A stretch of DNA of 64,000 nt from Eledone cirrhosa (Eukaryota), in NCBI GenBank assembly GCA_964016885.1, contig OZ024758.1:21452001-21516000 (forward strand). Reading direction: 5' to 3'. The notes below the pieces were generated by a model. It saw nothing but the letters and a program-made list of their open reading frames with translations, was not told the DNA's origin and searched no databases. Positions 43,668 through 60,416 of the stretch are shown one piece after another; the stretch's first letter is position 1, and each line of letters begins with the position of its first letter. The position numbers were made by a program, and so were the translations under genes.

Positions 43668-44027
43668 TATGTATATATATATACATCTATGTATATATAT
43701 ATATATATATATACATCTATGTATATATATATATGTATATTTCTCACCACAAAAAGAGTATTTATCAAATAAAAGCTTTTAAATGTTTTCAACATCAAAC
43801 ATTTCCTTGTGTACAATGTTTTACTATCTAACTGAAATGTCAAGTGAACATGCATTCTCTTCCGCATTGATTAAAGTTCAGCAATTAGAAATGGAGATTG
43901 TATTTTTCCTATTCAGAAGCATCCTACTTGACATGTTAAATATAGCAGTCACATCTCTTATGCATTACTAAACGTTGCCTCAAAGAGAAAACGAGATTTT
44001 AAAATATAATTTTATATTACATACAGT

Positions 44028-44210
44028 TGATTGGCAGTATCGGTAGAGGGTCGGACGCCATGCTTTGCAGCATAGAGTAATGGCTCTTTACGTTCTGAGT
44101 TCAAATCCTGCCGAGGTTAACTTTGCCTTTCATCCTTACGGGATCGTTAAAATAAAGTACCAGTAATTCACTGGGATAATTCCTAGCCTTGTGCTAAAAG
44201 TAGAAACAAT
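44028..44210 (+). mobile_element. SINE S1
   Basis: Matches the S1 consensus. Confidence 0.9.
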
Positions 44211-46277
44211 TAATGTATTATTTTGGTTGTAGTACTGCGTTGAGATCCTTCTATTGTTATTCTATAACGAATTCTATTAACTTGAATAGTATATATAATG
44301 AATAACGAGAATATTGATAAATAATGTAATGTGGATATAGATATTTCCAATGACAAATATTGTACAATAAGCTTTAACTAGTAGCATACGTAATAATGTT
44401 TTAACAGATATTCCTCTGTAGCGTTGAATATATTTCACATATTTCGAATCTTCTCGTAAAACAAAAAATCGAAAAGAGTGAAGTAGGAAAAAGGAAAAAA
44501 AAAACGTATTTTGTTTGTCGTCTTTTATTTTCATTTGTCACTAAAGTACTGAAGAGTTACATCGGGCATTATTAGATTGAAAGAGAATTTTTTCTACTGA
44601 ATTCTGAACATATTGCCGTAAAGTGACTTTTTAACGAAAGCATACAAATAGTGTTAGCGTAATGGGAGAAAACGCTACCTTCATTGTTGCTAAGGAAAAT
44701 AGAAAACAGAAAAAAAGTGTGAACAATGTAGAATGTAATGTAAAAAGTGTCAAGTTAAATAATGTCACACATTGCAACGAAGTGGATATTGCATTAGATG
44801 GCTTCAAATACACACAATAACAAAACTAAAAAACAATACACAACAACAAAGTTACATAAAGGCGTCTCTATACTACTTGTAACATCTTTAGTATTAGTAA
44901 TATTATCATCATCATCATTATAATCATTATCATCATCATCATCATCATAGTAGTTATTATCATCATCCTTATATTCTTCCTCATCCTTCACATACTTCTC
45001 AGCACTAGCATCATTGTTATCATCTTTATAAACATCACTACTGGGCTATTATTATATTATCACTATTATGACTATCGCTAGCAGCTGCAGCCATTTTTAG
45101 CCGCAGCCATTTTTAGGCAAACAAAATTATATTTTATTCTACAAAATTATGTCATTCTACGTTTGACGTTTCTTTATTTTAGTTTTTGTAGGGCAATACT
45201 TTAGGGATGATTATAAAAAAAACTTTGATAGTGATAAGATCAAGCTAACCATAAATATTTAGATGCAAGTGTAAGTAGAGTTTCAGAGATGTATACCACA
45301 CATCGAAACACCAACACACTATTGTTAGGGCAGATAATGGATGAATCACAAGCATAGAGACACCACTAAAAATACTCACCTGGACAACCCACACAAACAC
45401 AGTGCTGAAAGCCAATACCAACGCAATAACTTCTAAATACAAAAGCCCACGGCCATTATCAGGCGTGTAGGTTCAAGCCTAGATGTTGCAACTTCTAGCT
45501 ACAAAACCCACACTATTACGAGTCGCAATGCGACATCCAATAGATCGTACGCAGCCTCCAGAATAAATAATAGCCGAATTACAGAACATTTAAATACGAC
45601 TGAAAGTCTTAAATCCTCTTCCTGAGAAATACATATATTTCGGAAAATGAGCCGCTATGAAACACCTATGTTTATATTCTATATATCACACTTCTGCAGT
45701 TGTGTACATATATGCATTACGCATTATATACCTATGCATCTATATACATTTCAGCGTCTTCCGTCCGTCTTTCCGTCGGGCAATGTGTGTGCGTGTTTGT
45801 GTGAATGTATGTGTATGTAAAAGGAAGGAAAGGGTGGTGAAAAAAACTATAACAAAACAGTAACTGACGTTCCATTTATTACGCTGAGTGTGGGAGTATG
45901 TGTATATGTATGTTCCTTGTTTGGGTAAATCTATGTGTGTATGTGTGGATGTATATGTATTTGTGTGAATGTATGTCTGTGAGTGTGCATTTTTGTAAAT
46001 GCGTCTTTGTTTGTGAGTTTAACTCTATATACCCATACATATAAATATATGCATATGTACACACACACACGCCTACACATATACAGATACTCGTGAGCGT
46101 GTTGAAAAAAATCCTAGAGTATATTTTTAATTTCAAATATATATGTGAACGTAGGACAGATTGTCTGATTTAAAAGAAAGCTCTTAATGAAGACGCTTGG
46201 AAAAAAATATGGAAAACTAGATAAGTTTTAAGAGGCAACTTTTTTAATGAGGAGCAACAAATTGTTTAACTCAAATA

Positions 46278-46452
46278 ATTGTTTCTAATTTAGGCACCGA
46301 TTATCCCAGTGTATAACTGGTACTTTATTTTATCGACCCCGTAAGGAGGAAAGGCAAAGTTAACCTCGACGGGATTTGAACTCAGTCCGTAAAGGGACGT
46401 AACTGTGCTGCAAAGCATGGTGTCCGACCCTCTATCGATACTGCCAATCCAC
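46278..46452 (-). mobile_element. SINE S1
   Basis: Matches the S1 consensus. Confidence 0.88.
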
Positions 46453-47403
46453 AACTCAAATAATGATAAATAAATAACTAATAATTCTAGAGATAAATTC
46501 TACAAGAAAAAAAAAAGATTATTCGAACTTCGTTTTTGCTGAAGCTAGCCACTAAATAGATTTCCATAAATGATATATAATTGTAATGTAGTCAAGCTGC
46601 CTGTGAGATGGAATTCGGTAGAAGCCGATAAGGATATTCTTACTGATTGGTTTCTACGAACAGCAAATACACTGCTGAGTTGATTTTTTATCAGATATAC
46701 CAGCTATACTAAATAGATTTATACATATTTTTCCAACTAGGTTTTTAATGCTTATCTTTTTTCGTATATAATTTACTATTAATAAATTTGTAAGCATTCC
46801 ATGGAGTTTATATTTCTATTGTAAATTTCTTCTAGTGTAGTGTGACTTTACCAAAGAAAAACTTAAGAAACGACAGGATGTGAAAGGAGAGAACGATGAG
46901 TAGATAACTTACTGAGCGATGCAGGAGAGAAGAGATGTCAAAAACTGTAAGAAAAATGGCGAGGAACGTTGAGATATGAAAGTCAAGATGGAGGATCGGG
47001 AGGTAGAGTCGACTGGCTAATGGATGAGGGGTTGAGAAAAACAGACAGAGGATGAAGGAAGATGTGATAAAATGAAGAGGAAAAGGAAAAGACAGTAAAG
47101 AAGAACGAAATGTGAATGAGATATTCTATAGAAGTAAAATAGAACGCAGTGGTATAGAGAAAACTGATAGAATAAACTAGATATGGGAGAAAAGAAAAAG
47201 AAACGACGACAGCCAAATATAATATAAGCGATGATAGAAAGCTTGTATATGGAAATAAGAACATGAGAAATATAAAAGGAAAGAAAATAGGGACGTATAA
47301 CTATATAAGAAGAAATTGAAAGAAAATGATAAGTAATAGATAATTAGAAATATTGAGAGAGAGCTAAAGAGAAAACGAATGGACAAATGAGAGAAATGTG
47401 AAG

Positions 47404-47468
<65 letters not shown>

Positions 47469-47745
47469 TGGGTGACAGCGAGAGAGAATGGAAATGGGAG
47501 AATACATTATCTCTGCAAGTGTAACTTCTACATGTTTGATCGTTGAAACAGATCGAACACCTGAGCCATTATCTGGGACGGATTTAAGATAATCTATTTT
47601 CGAAACGATACACTGGATATATGAAAGTAAGTAAGATCCAAATATATATCATTTCTCATCTAAACAAAATGTATATATATACATACATATACGTGTATGT
47701 ATATATACATACATATACGTATATGTATACGTTCATACATATACG

Positions 47746-47777
<32 letters not shown>

Positions 47778-48056
47778 GAGAGATAGATACATACATATAT
47801 ATATACATATATATACATATATACATGTACATACATATATATTGATGCATATATATATATACATATATATACATATATATATATACATACATACATATAC
47901 ATATACATACATATATATATACATATACATACATATGTATATATATACATATATATACATATGTATATATATATACATATACATACATATATATTTTGCC
48001 ATATACATATATGTATATACATATATATATATATATGTATATACATATATATATAC

Positions 48057-48103
<47 letters not shown>

Positions 48104-48134
48104 TATATACATATATATATACATATATATATAC

Positions 48135-48165
<31 letters not shown>

Positions 48166-48166
48166 C

Positions 48167-48305
<139 letters not shown>

Positions 48306-48391
48306 CATATATACATATATATACATATATATATACATATATATATGCATATATATATATATATATACATATATATATAAATATACATATA

Positions 48392-48427
<36 letters not shown>

Positions 48428-48530
48428 CATATATATAAATATATATATATATATAAACATATATATACATATATATATATACATATACATATGTATATAT
48501 ATATATATATATATATACATATATATATAC

Positions 48531-48565
<35 letters not shown>

Positions 48566-48714
48566 CATATATGTATATATATACATATATATATACATAT
48601 ATATATATACATATATATATATACATATATATATACATATATATATATACATATACATATATATATATATATACATATATATATACATATATATATATAC
48701 ATATATATATATAC

Positions 48715-48759
<45 letters not shown>

Positions 48760-48760
48760 C

Positions 48761-48870
<110 letters not shown>

Positions 48871-48888
48871 TCATATATATATATATAT

Positions 48889-49071
<183 letters not shown>

Positions 49072-49104
49072 CATATATATATATATATGTATATATATAT
49101 ATTC

Positions 49105-49138
<34 letters not shown>

Positions 49139-49140
49139 TC

Positions 49141-49194
<54 letters not shown>

Positions 49195-49196
49195 TC

Positions 49197-49240
<44 letters not shown>

Positions 49241-49242
49241 TC

Positions 49243-49288
<46 letters not shown>

Positions 49289-49309
49289 TCATATATATAT
49301 ATATGTATG

Positions 49310-49450
<141 letters not shown>

Positions 49451-49471
49451 ATATATATATATACATATATT

Positions 49472-49676
<205 letters not shown>

Positions 49677-49685
49677 ATATATATA

Positions 49686-49897
49686 TTAGAAAGTGAGGTT
49701 TTTTTTTTACAAAATGAAAAATAACAGAGGTGTCTTACACGAGTGAAAGTATAAAGAAAAAGGGATGAAATCGAAAATGCAACTGGAGTCTTATTTTTTT
49801 AAAAAATATATATATTTATTTGGTTCATTTACCGGTTTCGCAGTTCTTCTGCTTTTCAAAAGGTGAGTTGAGATGGAGGGTCTGTGGTTTTTCTCAC

Positions 49898-49898
<1 letters not shown>
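49686..49898 (-). mobile_element. Family E unit (HHR variant 49826-49863)
   Basis: Near-identical to 54228-54440. Confidence 0.8.
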
Positions 49899-49930
<32 letters not shown>

Positions 49931-50107
49931 TATATACATATATATATATAAATATATATATATATACATATATATAAACATATATATATATATATACATA
50001 TATATATACATATGTATATATATATACATATACATACATATATAGTTTGCCATATACATATATGTATATACATATATATATATATATGTATATACATATA
50101 TATATAC

Positions 50108-50152
<45 letters not shown>

Positions 50153-50207
50153 TATATACATATATATATACATATATATATACATATATATATACATATA
50201 TATATAC

Positions 50208-50238
<31 letters not shown>

Positions 50239-50239
50239 C

Positions 50240-50426
<187 letters not shown>

Positions 50427-50442
50427 CATATATACATATATA

Positions 50443-51055
50443 TGGTGGCTGCCAACTCGTTTTCGAGTACGGCCACTACCTTATATCCATGTAGGAGAAC
50501 CCCTACGGATGCGCTGAACGAGTGTGGTTTTTAGTCCAGCCAGCGACTTGAAAACGCTGGTACAAACACTACACTTGTGACAATTATTGACACATAGTGC
50601 TGGGCCCATGGTTCCATGTGACGACAAGTGCAGAGAGATCTCCAGATATAAAGCAATGCCTGTGCCGTGAAGCTTTTATAGTGAGCAAAGGCACTGCACA
50701 AAGCCAGTCCCACTCTCTAAACCAAGATGATATTTACCAAAAAGAAGAACAACTCAACATCATTGGATACCATCAGGGTTGCAGGTGTTATATCAGAGTT
50801 TGCCTTCTCCTAGAATTCTGCCTTGACAAAGGCTAAGGGGTCATCTCTCCCAGTGATTTTGGATGGCCATTGACTCTTAAGAGCTCCTTTGCCCTTTGAC
50901 AGGTTTTGTTTTTATTCGTGCAGGATGTCCAAAGTCACCCTCCCCACCAAGAAACCTTGGTGGGGTTGCCAGTTTAGTCGCCAACGACCCGACCATGAGA
51001 CAGGTTGTACTGGGATACATGTTACCAGTAGCACCAACTGGTGACCTGACATAGT
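50443..51055 (-). mobile_element. Probable RTE-clade LINE 5' UTR fragment inserted in (TA)n
   Basis: GC-rich and structured. Minus strand has GGCGACTAAACTGGCAACCCC and CTAGGAGAAGGCAAACTCTG, recalled as RTE 5' UTR-type motifs (not database-checked). Confidence 0.5.
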
Positions 51056-51256
51056 ATACATATATATACATATATATATGTATATGTATACATATATATA
51101 CATATATATATATACATATATATATGCATATATATATATATATACATATATATATAAATATACATATATATATGCATATATATATATATATATATACATA
51201 TATATATAAATATACATATATATATATATATATACATATATATATAAATATACATA

Positions 51257-51316
<60 letters not shown>

Positions 51317-51377
51317 AACATATATATATATAAATATATATATATCTATAAACATATATATACATATATATATATAC

Positions 51378-51424
<47 letters not shown>

Positions 51425-51443
51425 CATATATGTATATATATAC

Positions 51444-51492
<49 letters not shown>

Positions 51493-51521
51493 CATATATA
51501 TATACATATATATATATATAC

Positions 51522-51552
<31 letters not shown>

Positions 51553-51556
51553 CACA

Positions 51557-51630
<74 letters not shown>

Positions 51631-51631
51631 C

Positions 51632-51663
<32 letters not shown>

Positions 51664-51670
51664 TCATATA

Positions 51671-53848
51671 TGGGAAGCGATCAGTCATGATCTTGCACAT
51701 GTCGACTGGTCCTTCACGCACACTCATACACCCACTAACATCAAAAAGTCCTGGCAGACATTTGTGGACACTGTTACAAACATATGTGCTAAACACACCC
51801 CATTAAGAACTATAAACAAATCTAAGAGCAGAATCCCTAGAAATAGAAAAACGCTCATCAGAAAAATTAAGAGAACGAACAAAAAAATCAACAATCTGAA
51901 ATACTGTCAGCAGCAACACATCAACTTGACTGCCATTTCATCACTAGAGATTAAAAAACATAACCTCCAAAACAACATAATGTCCCTCATCAACAATCAG
52001 AGAAGAGCTGAAGAGGCCTGGGCCATTGAGAAGATCAAACTCAATCCCAAAGTGTTCTTTTCATTTGCAAAAAAACACAAAATCACTGGCTCTACTGTTG
52101 GCCCTCTAATTGATGAAAATGGCACTCTTCAAGACAATGCTAAAACCATGGGTGAGATACTGCAGAAACAATACTGCTCTGTTTTCAGCAATCCTGATAT
52201 GGCCGATCTGGGCTGTATCGGCGATGTTACTCCCCATTACACCTTATCGGACATAACGTTTGGCGCCCCTGATGTCTTGGCGGCAATAAAGGAAATCAAG
52301 CATAATTCAGCAGTAGGTCCCGATAGGTTCCCTGCTTGTGTCTTGAAGGCGTGTCAACACCAACTTGCTTCTCCTCTTGCCAATCTGTGGCGGAACTCAC
52401 TGGATGCTGGATATGTGCCAGAAAACCTTCTATCCCAGTCTGTTGTCCCAGTTTTCAAAAAGGGAAACAAATCCCTTGCCGTGAATTACCGTCCAATCTC
52501 ACTCACCTCTCATATCATTAAGGTATTTGAGCGAGTGGTGAGATCGCGAATGACCCACTTCCTTGAGAGTAACAATATGCTGAACTCCAACCAGCATGGA
52601 TTCCGTAATGGAAGGGATTGCCTGACGCAACTACTGCATCACTTTGATGACATTTTGAGAGCCTTGGGAGAGGGTTCCAACACTGATGTTATCTACCTTG
52701 ATTTCAGCAAGGCCTTTGACAGGGTTGATCATAACATTCTACTGAGAAAGCTGTCCAATATTGGTGTCACTGGAAAGCTGCTGCAGTGGATCAAGAGCTT
52801 CCTGTCAAACAGAACCCAACATGTTGTAGTTGAGGGAGTCAAATCAAGCCCAGCCAAAGTCAGTAGTGGAGTCCCACAAGGCACTGTGTTGGGCCCACTT
52901 CTCTTCATCATCTATATTAATGACATCACTGACATCATCAAACACAGCAACATTAAAATTTTCGCTGATGATTCCAAGCTCCAAAAGGTCATCAATGGCG
53001 TGGATGACCGGATAAGCCTTCAGTCAGACCTACTGGCTGTTACCCAATGGGCAGAAAAGAACAACATGTTACTGAACGAAGACAAATTCGAACTGATCCA
53101 CTTTGGAAAAGAGGATGCTCTGAAACTCCCGTACTCCCTTCCCTCCGGGGAAACTCTCGTGGCATCAAACAACATCAGAGACTTGGGAGTAACCGTGGAC
53201 AGCAACATAAGCTGGACCACGCATATAAGCAGCAAAGTTGACATGGCCCGCAGAATGTGTTCCTGGATCCTCAGAACCTTCCAGTCGAGAGATTCCCGCA
53301 CCATTATCCTTCTCTTCTCTACTTTCGCCCGACCACACCTTGAATACTGTTGTCCACTGTGGTCTCCCCACACGAAACAAAGTATCATGAAACTTGAAGC
53401 TCCTCAAAGGGCAATCACGAAAAAGATAGATGGCATGTCAGACCTTGACTACTGGGGTCGATTGGAAAACCTGAAACTTTACTCACTCCAACGTCGCCGT
53501 GAGCGTTATATTATCTGCATGATGTGGAAAATGTTCCATCATCACTGCCCAAATGATGTTGGCATCGCCTTCAAGATACACCCAAGGCTTGGGCCCCGTG
53601 CTATCCGTCCCATTCAAAAATCTAAATCGCAACTCATAACAACAATACGGCACAATTATTTCACCTCAATCGGCCCTGCTCTCTTCAACATCACACCAGG
53701 ACACGTCAAAACAGAAACTGACCACACAAAATTCAAGAAGTCTTTGGACAATTTCCTCCAAGTAATCCCGGACAAACCACCCACACCCGGATATGTCTCC
53801 GCAAACAGTAATTCTCTTCTCGAATGGGCCATGGTGCCCAAATCCTGA
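51671..53848 (+). CDS. CR1-group LINE ORF2, 5'-truncated (reverse transcriptase plus C-terminal domain, no endonuclease)
   Basis: Uninterrupted frame: [57 protein letters not shown]...[14 protein letters not shown]. The frame stays open upstream to the TA junction ([13 protein letters not shown]). Confidence 0.95.
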   Translation, partial: WEAISHDLAHVDWSFTHTHTPTNIKKSWQTFVDTVTNICAKHTPLRTINKSKSRIPRNRKTLIRKIKRTNKKINNLKYCQQQHINLTAISSLEIKKHNLQNNIMSLINNQRRAEEAWAIEKIKLNPKVFFSFAKKHKITGSTVGPLIDENGTLQDNAKTMGEILQKQYCSVFSNPDMADLGCIGDVTPHYTLSDITFGAPDVLAAIKEIKHNSAVGPDRFPACVLKACQHQLASPLANLWRNSLDAGYVPENLLSQSVVPVFKKGNKSLAVNYRPISLTSHIIKVFERVVRSRMTHFLESNNMLNSNQHGFRNGRDCLTQLLHHFDDILRALGEGSNTDVIYLDFSKAFDRVDHNILLRKLSNIGVTGKLLQWIKSFLSNRTQHVVVEGVKSSPAKVSSGVPQGTVLGPLLFIIYINDITDIIKHSNIKIFADDSKLQKVINGVDDRISLQSDLLAVTQWAEKNNMLLNEDKFELIHFGKEDALKLPYSLPSGETLVASNNIRDLGVTVDSNISWTTHISSKVDMARRMCSWILRTFQSRDSRTIILLFSTFARPHLEYCCPLWSPHTKQSIMKLEAPQRAITKKIDGMSDLDYWGRLENLKLYSLQRRRERYIICMMWKMFHHHCPNDVGIAFKIHPRLGPRAIRPIQKSKSQLITTIRHNYFTSIGPALFNITPGHVKTETDHTKFKKSLDNFLQVIPDKPPTPGYVSANSNSLLEWAMVPKS

Positions 53849-53934
53849 ATTGAAAGACTTCGCCAGGTGGTGCTATTAAGTTAGACATGGCCTGGGCCAA
53901 TACTGGCCAAAACATTTCAAAGTTATTCAAAGTT
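51671..53934 (+). mobile_element. CR1-group LINE insertion with short 3' UTR and TTCAAAGTTA tandem tail
   Basis: Ends ACATTTCAAAGTTATTCAAAGTTA; (TA)n with ATTCAT interruptions on both sides. Confidence 0.92.
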
Positions 53935-53958
53935 ATATATGTATATATATATATATTC

Positions 53959-53992
<34 letters not shown>

Positions 53993-53994
53993 TC

Positions 53995-54048
<54 letters not shown>

Positions 54049-54091
54049 TCATATATATATATATATATTCATATATATATATATATGTATG

Positions 54092-54124
<33 letters not shown>

Positions 54125-54126
54125 TC

Positions 54127-54472
<346 letters not shown>

Positions 54473-54557
54473 CATATATATATATAAATATATATATATA
54501 TACATATATATAAACATATATATATATATACATATATATATACATATATATATATAA

Positions 54558-54590
<33 letters not shown>

Positions 54591-54593
54591 AAC

Positions 54594-54624
<31 letters not shown>

Positions 54625-54856
54625 AACATATATATATAAACATATATATATATATATATATATAAATATATATATATATAAACATATATATATATACATA
54701 TATATATATATAAACATATATATATAAACATATATATATATATATATATATAAACATATATATATATATATATATATATATAAACATATATATATATATA
54801 TATATAAACATATATATATATATATATAAACATATATATATATATATATATATATA

Positions 54857-54941
<85 letters not shown>

Positions 54942-55012
54942 ATATATATATATATATATATAAACATATATATATATATATATAAACATATATATATATA
55001 TATATATATATA

Positions 55013-55123
<111 letters not shown>

Positions 55124-55236
55124 ATATATATAAATACATATATATATATATATATAAACATATATATATATATATATAAACATATATATAAATACATATA
55201 TATATATATATATAAACATATATATATATATATATA

Positions 55237-55349
<113 letters not shown>

Positions 55350-55368
55350 ATATATATATATATATATA

Positions 55369-55413
<45 letters not shown>

Positions 55414-55461
55414 ATATATATATATATATATGTAGATAAATCTACCAATTATTCATTATTT

Positions 55462-55505
<44 letters not shown>

Positions 55506-55589
55506 ATATATATATAAACATATATATATAAACATATATATATAAACATATATATATAAACATATATATATATACATATATATATATAC

Positions 55590-55671
<82 letters not shown>

Positions 55672-56380
55672 TTCGAACTCTACTTAAGCGTTTGCGATTT
55701 GTTTGCGTTTGTTTACATTTCATCACATAAAATATTATCAGTCGGACTATATTGAATGTTAGAGAAGGAATACGCTATCAAATCAAAGCCGTATTTCTTA
55801 TGACTAAATTCATCCATTTGTCGTATAGATGTAGGAAGCAATGATCTAAGAGAAATTCCAGTCTGAAATTCAGACAAGTCATAATTTTACTCTAACACTA
55901 TAGATCATGTTCCTGTAATAAAAACAAAAGGAGTTGTCCAAATTTCTAAGTTATCTGTGTTCGTACGTCGAAATCTATTTAGAAAATTTACAATCCTGTC
56001 ATTAAGATATAATTACCAGCCAGTAAGAGTGTTGTTTGATCTGAAAAGTGATGCGACTTTCCAAACATTAAATCTAAATTTATTAATAGAAGACTTTTAA
56101 CATTCATAGATTCCATCAGAAGGCAACTTCTTAGATATTCTAGATGATGATATCATTATTACGATTGATGTCATAAAAGCTACAAATATAATTAAGTCTA
56201 TGATTATCAATAAAGCCTACACCACGCCTGATAATCATTGTTGATTATAACCCTTAGTATTCTCATTAGAATACTGGAGTTAAATATTTCATAATGTTAT
56301 AAAGAAATATAATTTGTCTCTATAAAATAAATTTCTTATGTTATAAATTCACATCGCCTCATATCATTATTATTTCTGTT

Positions 56381-56975
56381 AAGGACGGTGGATTTGGCAG
56401 TATCGGTAGACAGACGGACACCATGCTTTGACGCATAGAGTTACGCCCCTTGACATTCTGAGTTCAAATCGCGCCAAGGTTAATTTTGCCTTCCATCCTT
56501 ACGGGGTCGATAAAATAAAGTACCAGTAATGTACTGGGTAATTGCTGGCCTTGTGCAAAAAGTACAAACAATTATTAGATATATTCTAAGGCGGGTAAAA
56601 TTCCCGAGATCCATGGAGGAGTTCTCTCCAGCGGTCTCTGTCCCTCATTATTGCTGCCATGTCCTGCGTCTCCAATAATCCAGTGTCTGTCCTTAGAGCA
56701 TCAACATACGTTAACCTTGGTCTTCCTCTTCTAGTGTGTCCATGTAGGGGCTCCCAAATATAATGGTTTCATATATAGGCACAAGGCCAGCAATTTTGGG
56801 GGGAGGGAAAAGTCGATGAAATTGACTCCAGTGCGTGACTGGTACTTTATTTTATCGACCCAGTAAGGATGAAAGACAAAGTTAACCTCGGCTAGATTTG
56901 AACTCAGATCATAAAGGGCTGTAACTCTATGCGGCAAAGCATGGCGCCTGACCTGCTACTGAAAATCCACGGCCG
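56381..56975. mobile_element. SINE S1 (+, 56381-56575), RTE 3' fragment (-, 56605-56757), SINE S1 (-, 56762-56975)
   Basis: Consensus matches; the RTE piece is homologous to 37670-37820. Confidence 0.85.
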
Positions 56976-57054
56976 TTATATATATATATATAGAAGAAGT
57001 TAATATGCCCGTGGGTATATATATATATATAATATATAAACAGTTGATCAACAA

Positions 57055-57252
57055 AATCCCAGACATCCTTCGCTTACCGAATGGGAGGGTTTCGTTAAAT
57101 CGGGCCGAGGAAACAAGGTTTCCGTCTTTCTTTTCAATTGCTAATACTATCTACCGGTCGCAAATCCAGGTAGAAGGAGCAACGTGAAATAAAGTGTCTT
57201 GCTCAAGGACATAACGCATGGCCCGGTCTAACTACTCAGCCACACGCCTTCA
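57055..57252 (-). mobile_element. SINE family S2 (other copies 58097-58305, 63858-64000)
   Basis: GGAGCAAC(G/A)TGAAATAAA.TGTCTTGCTCAAGGAC core plus tRNA-like head; shared ATCCCAGAC...CGCTT.CCGA.TGGG tail. Confidence 0.75.
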
Positions 57253-58377
57253 CTTATACCTATGTGTGTGTGTGTGTGTGTGTGTAAATAACATTGAAAA
57301 TAACTTCAAAGACTTAATTATCTCATATTTTGATTAACGCAAGTGTCTTCCATCTCATAAAACATACAATCAAGTATTAGTTATTTAATTATATGAACAA
57401 ATAATTGAATCCATCTAAATTAATTTTTTTTAAATTACAAGAACGAATTTTTACCTCTTCGTGTCATTTTGTATGTACGTTTACACCAACAGTAAAACAA
57501 TCTTCATCTACCTTTATCAGTTTTCGTATTGGAAAACGTTTTAATCTCAATTAATTTATATATATATTGTTATACTTGGGGAGGGTCATATTGTTGTAAT
57601 AATATTGCTAGAAATGATAACAGAACACACTCACTGTTTGGTTGGTTTTCGCTTCTGTATCTTTTATATCTCCATAGTTAATTTATTTGGCCATCAACGT
57701 TTATCATTGATTGACCAAAGTTCTTTCGTTGCACATCTGCAACATCATCAGTGGTACTATTATGTTTCCTCCTGTTGTATTGTATGTCTACGCCATTTTT
57801 ATTTTATATATATTGTCTCTCTCTCTCTCTCTCTCTATTTATCTATCTCTCTCTATCTCTCTCTCTCCAGTTTTATATTCATTCATTATTATGATTTCGA
57901 GGCTGCAGGCAACACTTGCAGCTTAGAATAATCTGGTATATCATTTTGTAAGAGATATAACTTAATATTGAGGAACCTTTATTTAACTATGTAATGACCA
58001 AATCTAATGTCAGAATACAAATTATAAATAGTGAAAATGTTTTCCTCATTTTACCTGTGAATCAGATATTATATACTTGCTGTGACCAATCGAAAAGATC
58101 CCAGACCTCACTCGCTTGCCGAGTGGGGTGGACCTCATCAAATAGGATCAAAGAAACAATATTTCTATTGCTGATACTATCTATAGATCACAACACCTGG
58201 CAGAAGGAGCAACATGAAATAAAATGTCTTGCTCAAGGACATAATATATCACCCGGTCCGAGAATTGAACTCGCAACATCACGATTTCAAATCTAACTCT
58301 CTAACTGCCAATTGAAAATAAAACAATTCATTTTTGAGAATTTTATAGTTATATTTCCAGACCACTTTAAAATATAG

Positions 58378-58850
58378 TCAATACTTCGACTGTTCTGATA
58401 CACATACTGTCATAAATACATAAAAACACACAGGTAAACATATTCCTTCATCACGCATACACATACATACACACATGAAACAATAGAGAAATATGCCCTT
58501 CATTATATCATTACATCAATACAAGGGCGGTGGATTGGCAGTATCGGTAGAGTGTCGGACGCCATGCTTTCCAGCATAGTTACGTCCCTTTACGATCTGA
58601 GTTTAAATCCCACCGAGGTTGACTTTGCCTTTCATCCTTACGGGGTCGATAAAATAAAGTACCAGTAATGCACTGGGTAATTGCTGGCCTTGTGCCTAAA
58701 GTAGAAACAATTATATCAATACATCGACTGCTCTAACACACATACTGTCATAAACACATAAAAACACACAGGCAAACATATTCCTTCATCACACACACAA
58801 TACACATGCATACACACATGACACAATAGAGAAATATGCCCTTCATTATA
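58378..58850 (+). repeat. About 130-bp direct duplication with a SINE S1 (58524-58712) at its junction
   Basis: 58378-58507 resembles 58716-58850; the SINE is flanked by ATCAATACA. Confidence 0.85.
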
Positions 58851-59650
58851 AAACCGTATTGTTGTTCGTTAGTGATTAAAATATCATATTCAAAACTGCA
58901 TATTTTGAGGATTGATGAGAAAGGACGTAAAAGTATTTATATTTTTATTAAAATCCGGAGTGATATTTGAGCCATTATTTTCACCCTTCTTTCCCTAGCC
59001 TCTAACAGAATGCCTGTGTTACTAGACGCCTTCTTAATGGGTTAAAATGATTTGTGTTGGAGGTTTATTGTTCTCAGTCAATAGCGTACATATCGACCGT
59101 GAATGCTGAAACTCATCACTTTAAGGTTTCCAAGTCTTGGTGATAAATGTGACAGATAAGCCACCATCTTGGTAATAAATGTGACAGATAAGGACCAATG
59201 TAGTCAATTTTGCTTTTATATAAATTGAGCAATTTCACCTATCAAGCCATTCACAGAATACACTCTGCTAGAAGCTTTTGAAATCCGTACAAACCAGAAT
59301 AATACTTGGTATTATAATCACCGCGCAATTATATCTTATTCTTCCGAAATATCGCTAATCTGTTTCTGTAAACGTCAATAGCATGCTAATTTTTATAAAG
59401 ACATTACAGGAGAATGATAAACGAGATTCGTGTTTCAATGCTTCCTGAACAAACTTCTCCAGTCTTATCTATGATTCATATTCTTCCGTATCATCGTTTG
59501 TTATATAATGATTACTGTTTCTCTTTTAAACTTTAGCATTGACTTGTTAAACTATGTTAATATACGTGCTTTAGTTGCTGTAGAAACTAATTTTGTTGGA
59601 AAGAAGAAATATATATTTGAATATCTATCAACAGAGATTACTCTCTAGCC

Positions 59651-59886
59651 CATTGTGTCTCAACCTGGGGTTGCACGCTCCACATGGGTGGCAATTTGAA
59701 AGTGATATAATACGACCAAACTTCTAGTTTGACTAATTTTAGCTTTGTTTAATTAAAATATTTCTACTTTATATTACAGTAATTACACGTTTACAAAACT
59801 CAGTTTATTTTTATATTAAAGGGGGACATACACATATTTTTAGATGTTGAGGTAAGACAGGGAGCAAAACAGGTTGGGAACCACAG
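59651..59886. mobile_element. hAT (Charlie-like) MITE
   Basis: Ends CATTGTGTCTCAACCT and AGGTTGGGAACCACAG; 8-bp TSD CTCTAGCC / CTCTAGAC. Confidence 0.8.
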
Positions 59887-60343
59887 CTCTAGACTAACAT
59901 TCTAAAGATATTATTTTTGGTCTCTACCAAAGTGACCTAACGTAGCTATGTTCTATAAATTTATAAATATGTTCTGACTAGACTGATACATGATACATGA
60001 TAAAAGGCGTTCCAGACATGACCAAAACCTTTGTTTTCAGACGTAGTATTGCCAGTACTACAATATGCATTTTTGTATTTCTTTCATTGAAGATGTCAGA
60101 CTGAGATTTTAATGGGATTGGGATACAATTTCTCTCACATTTGTTCAGGAAGCGGGAGGTGATATTCATACAAACCGAGAACACGGTTTCAAATCTAATT
60201 TAAAATCTTTTAAATTTCGAATCTGATTTAACATCTTGTAAATCCACCTAGGCTACTAATTCAACTGAAACACTGTTAATATCATATTCACGAGCACACG
60301 TAGACAGATATAAACACACACACACACATACACACACGCGCAT

Positions 60344-60374
<31 letters not shown>

Positions 60375-60376
60375 CC

Positions 60377-60416
<40 letters not shown>

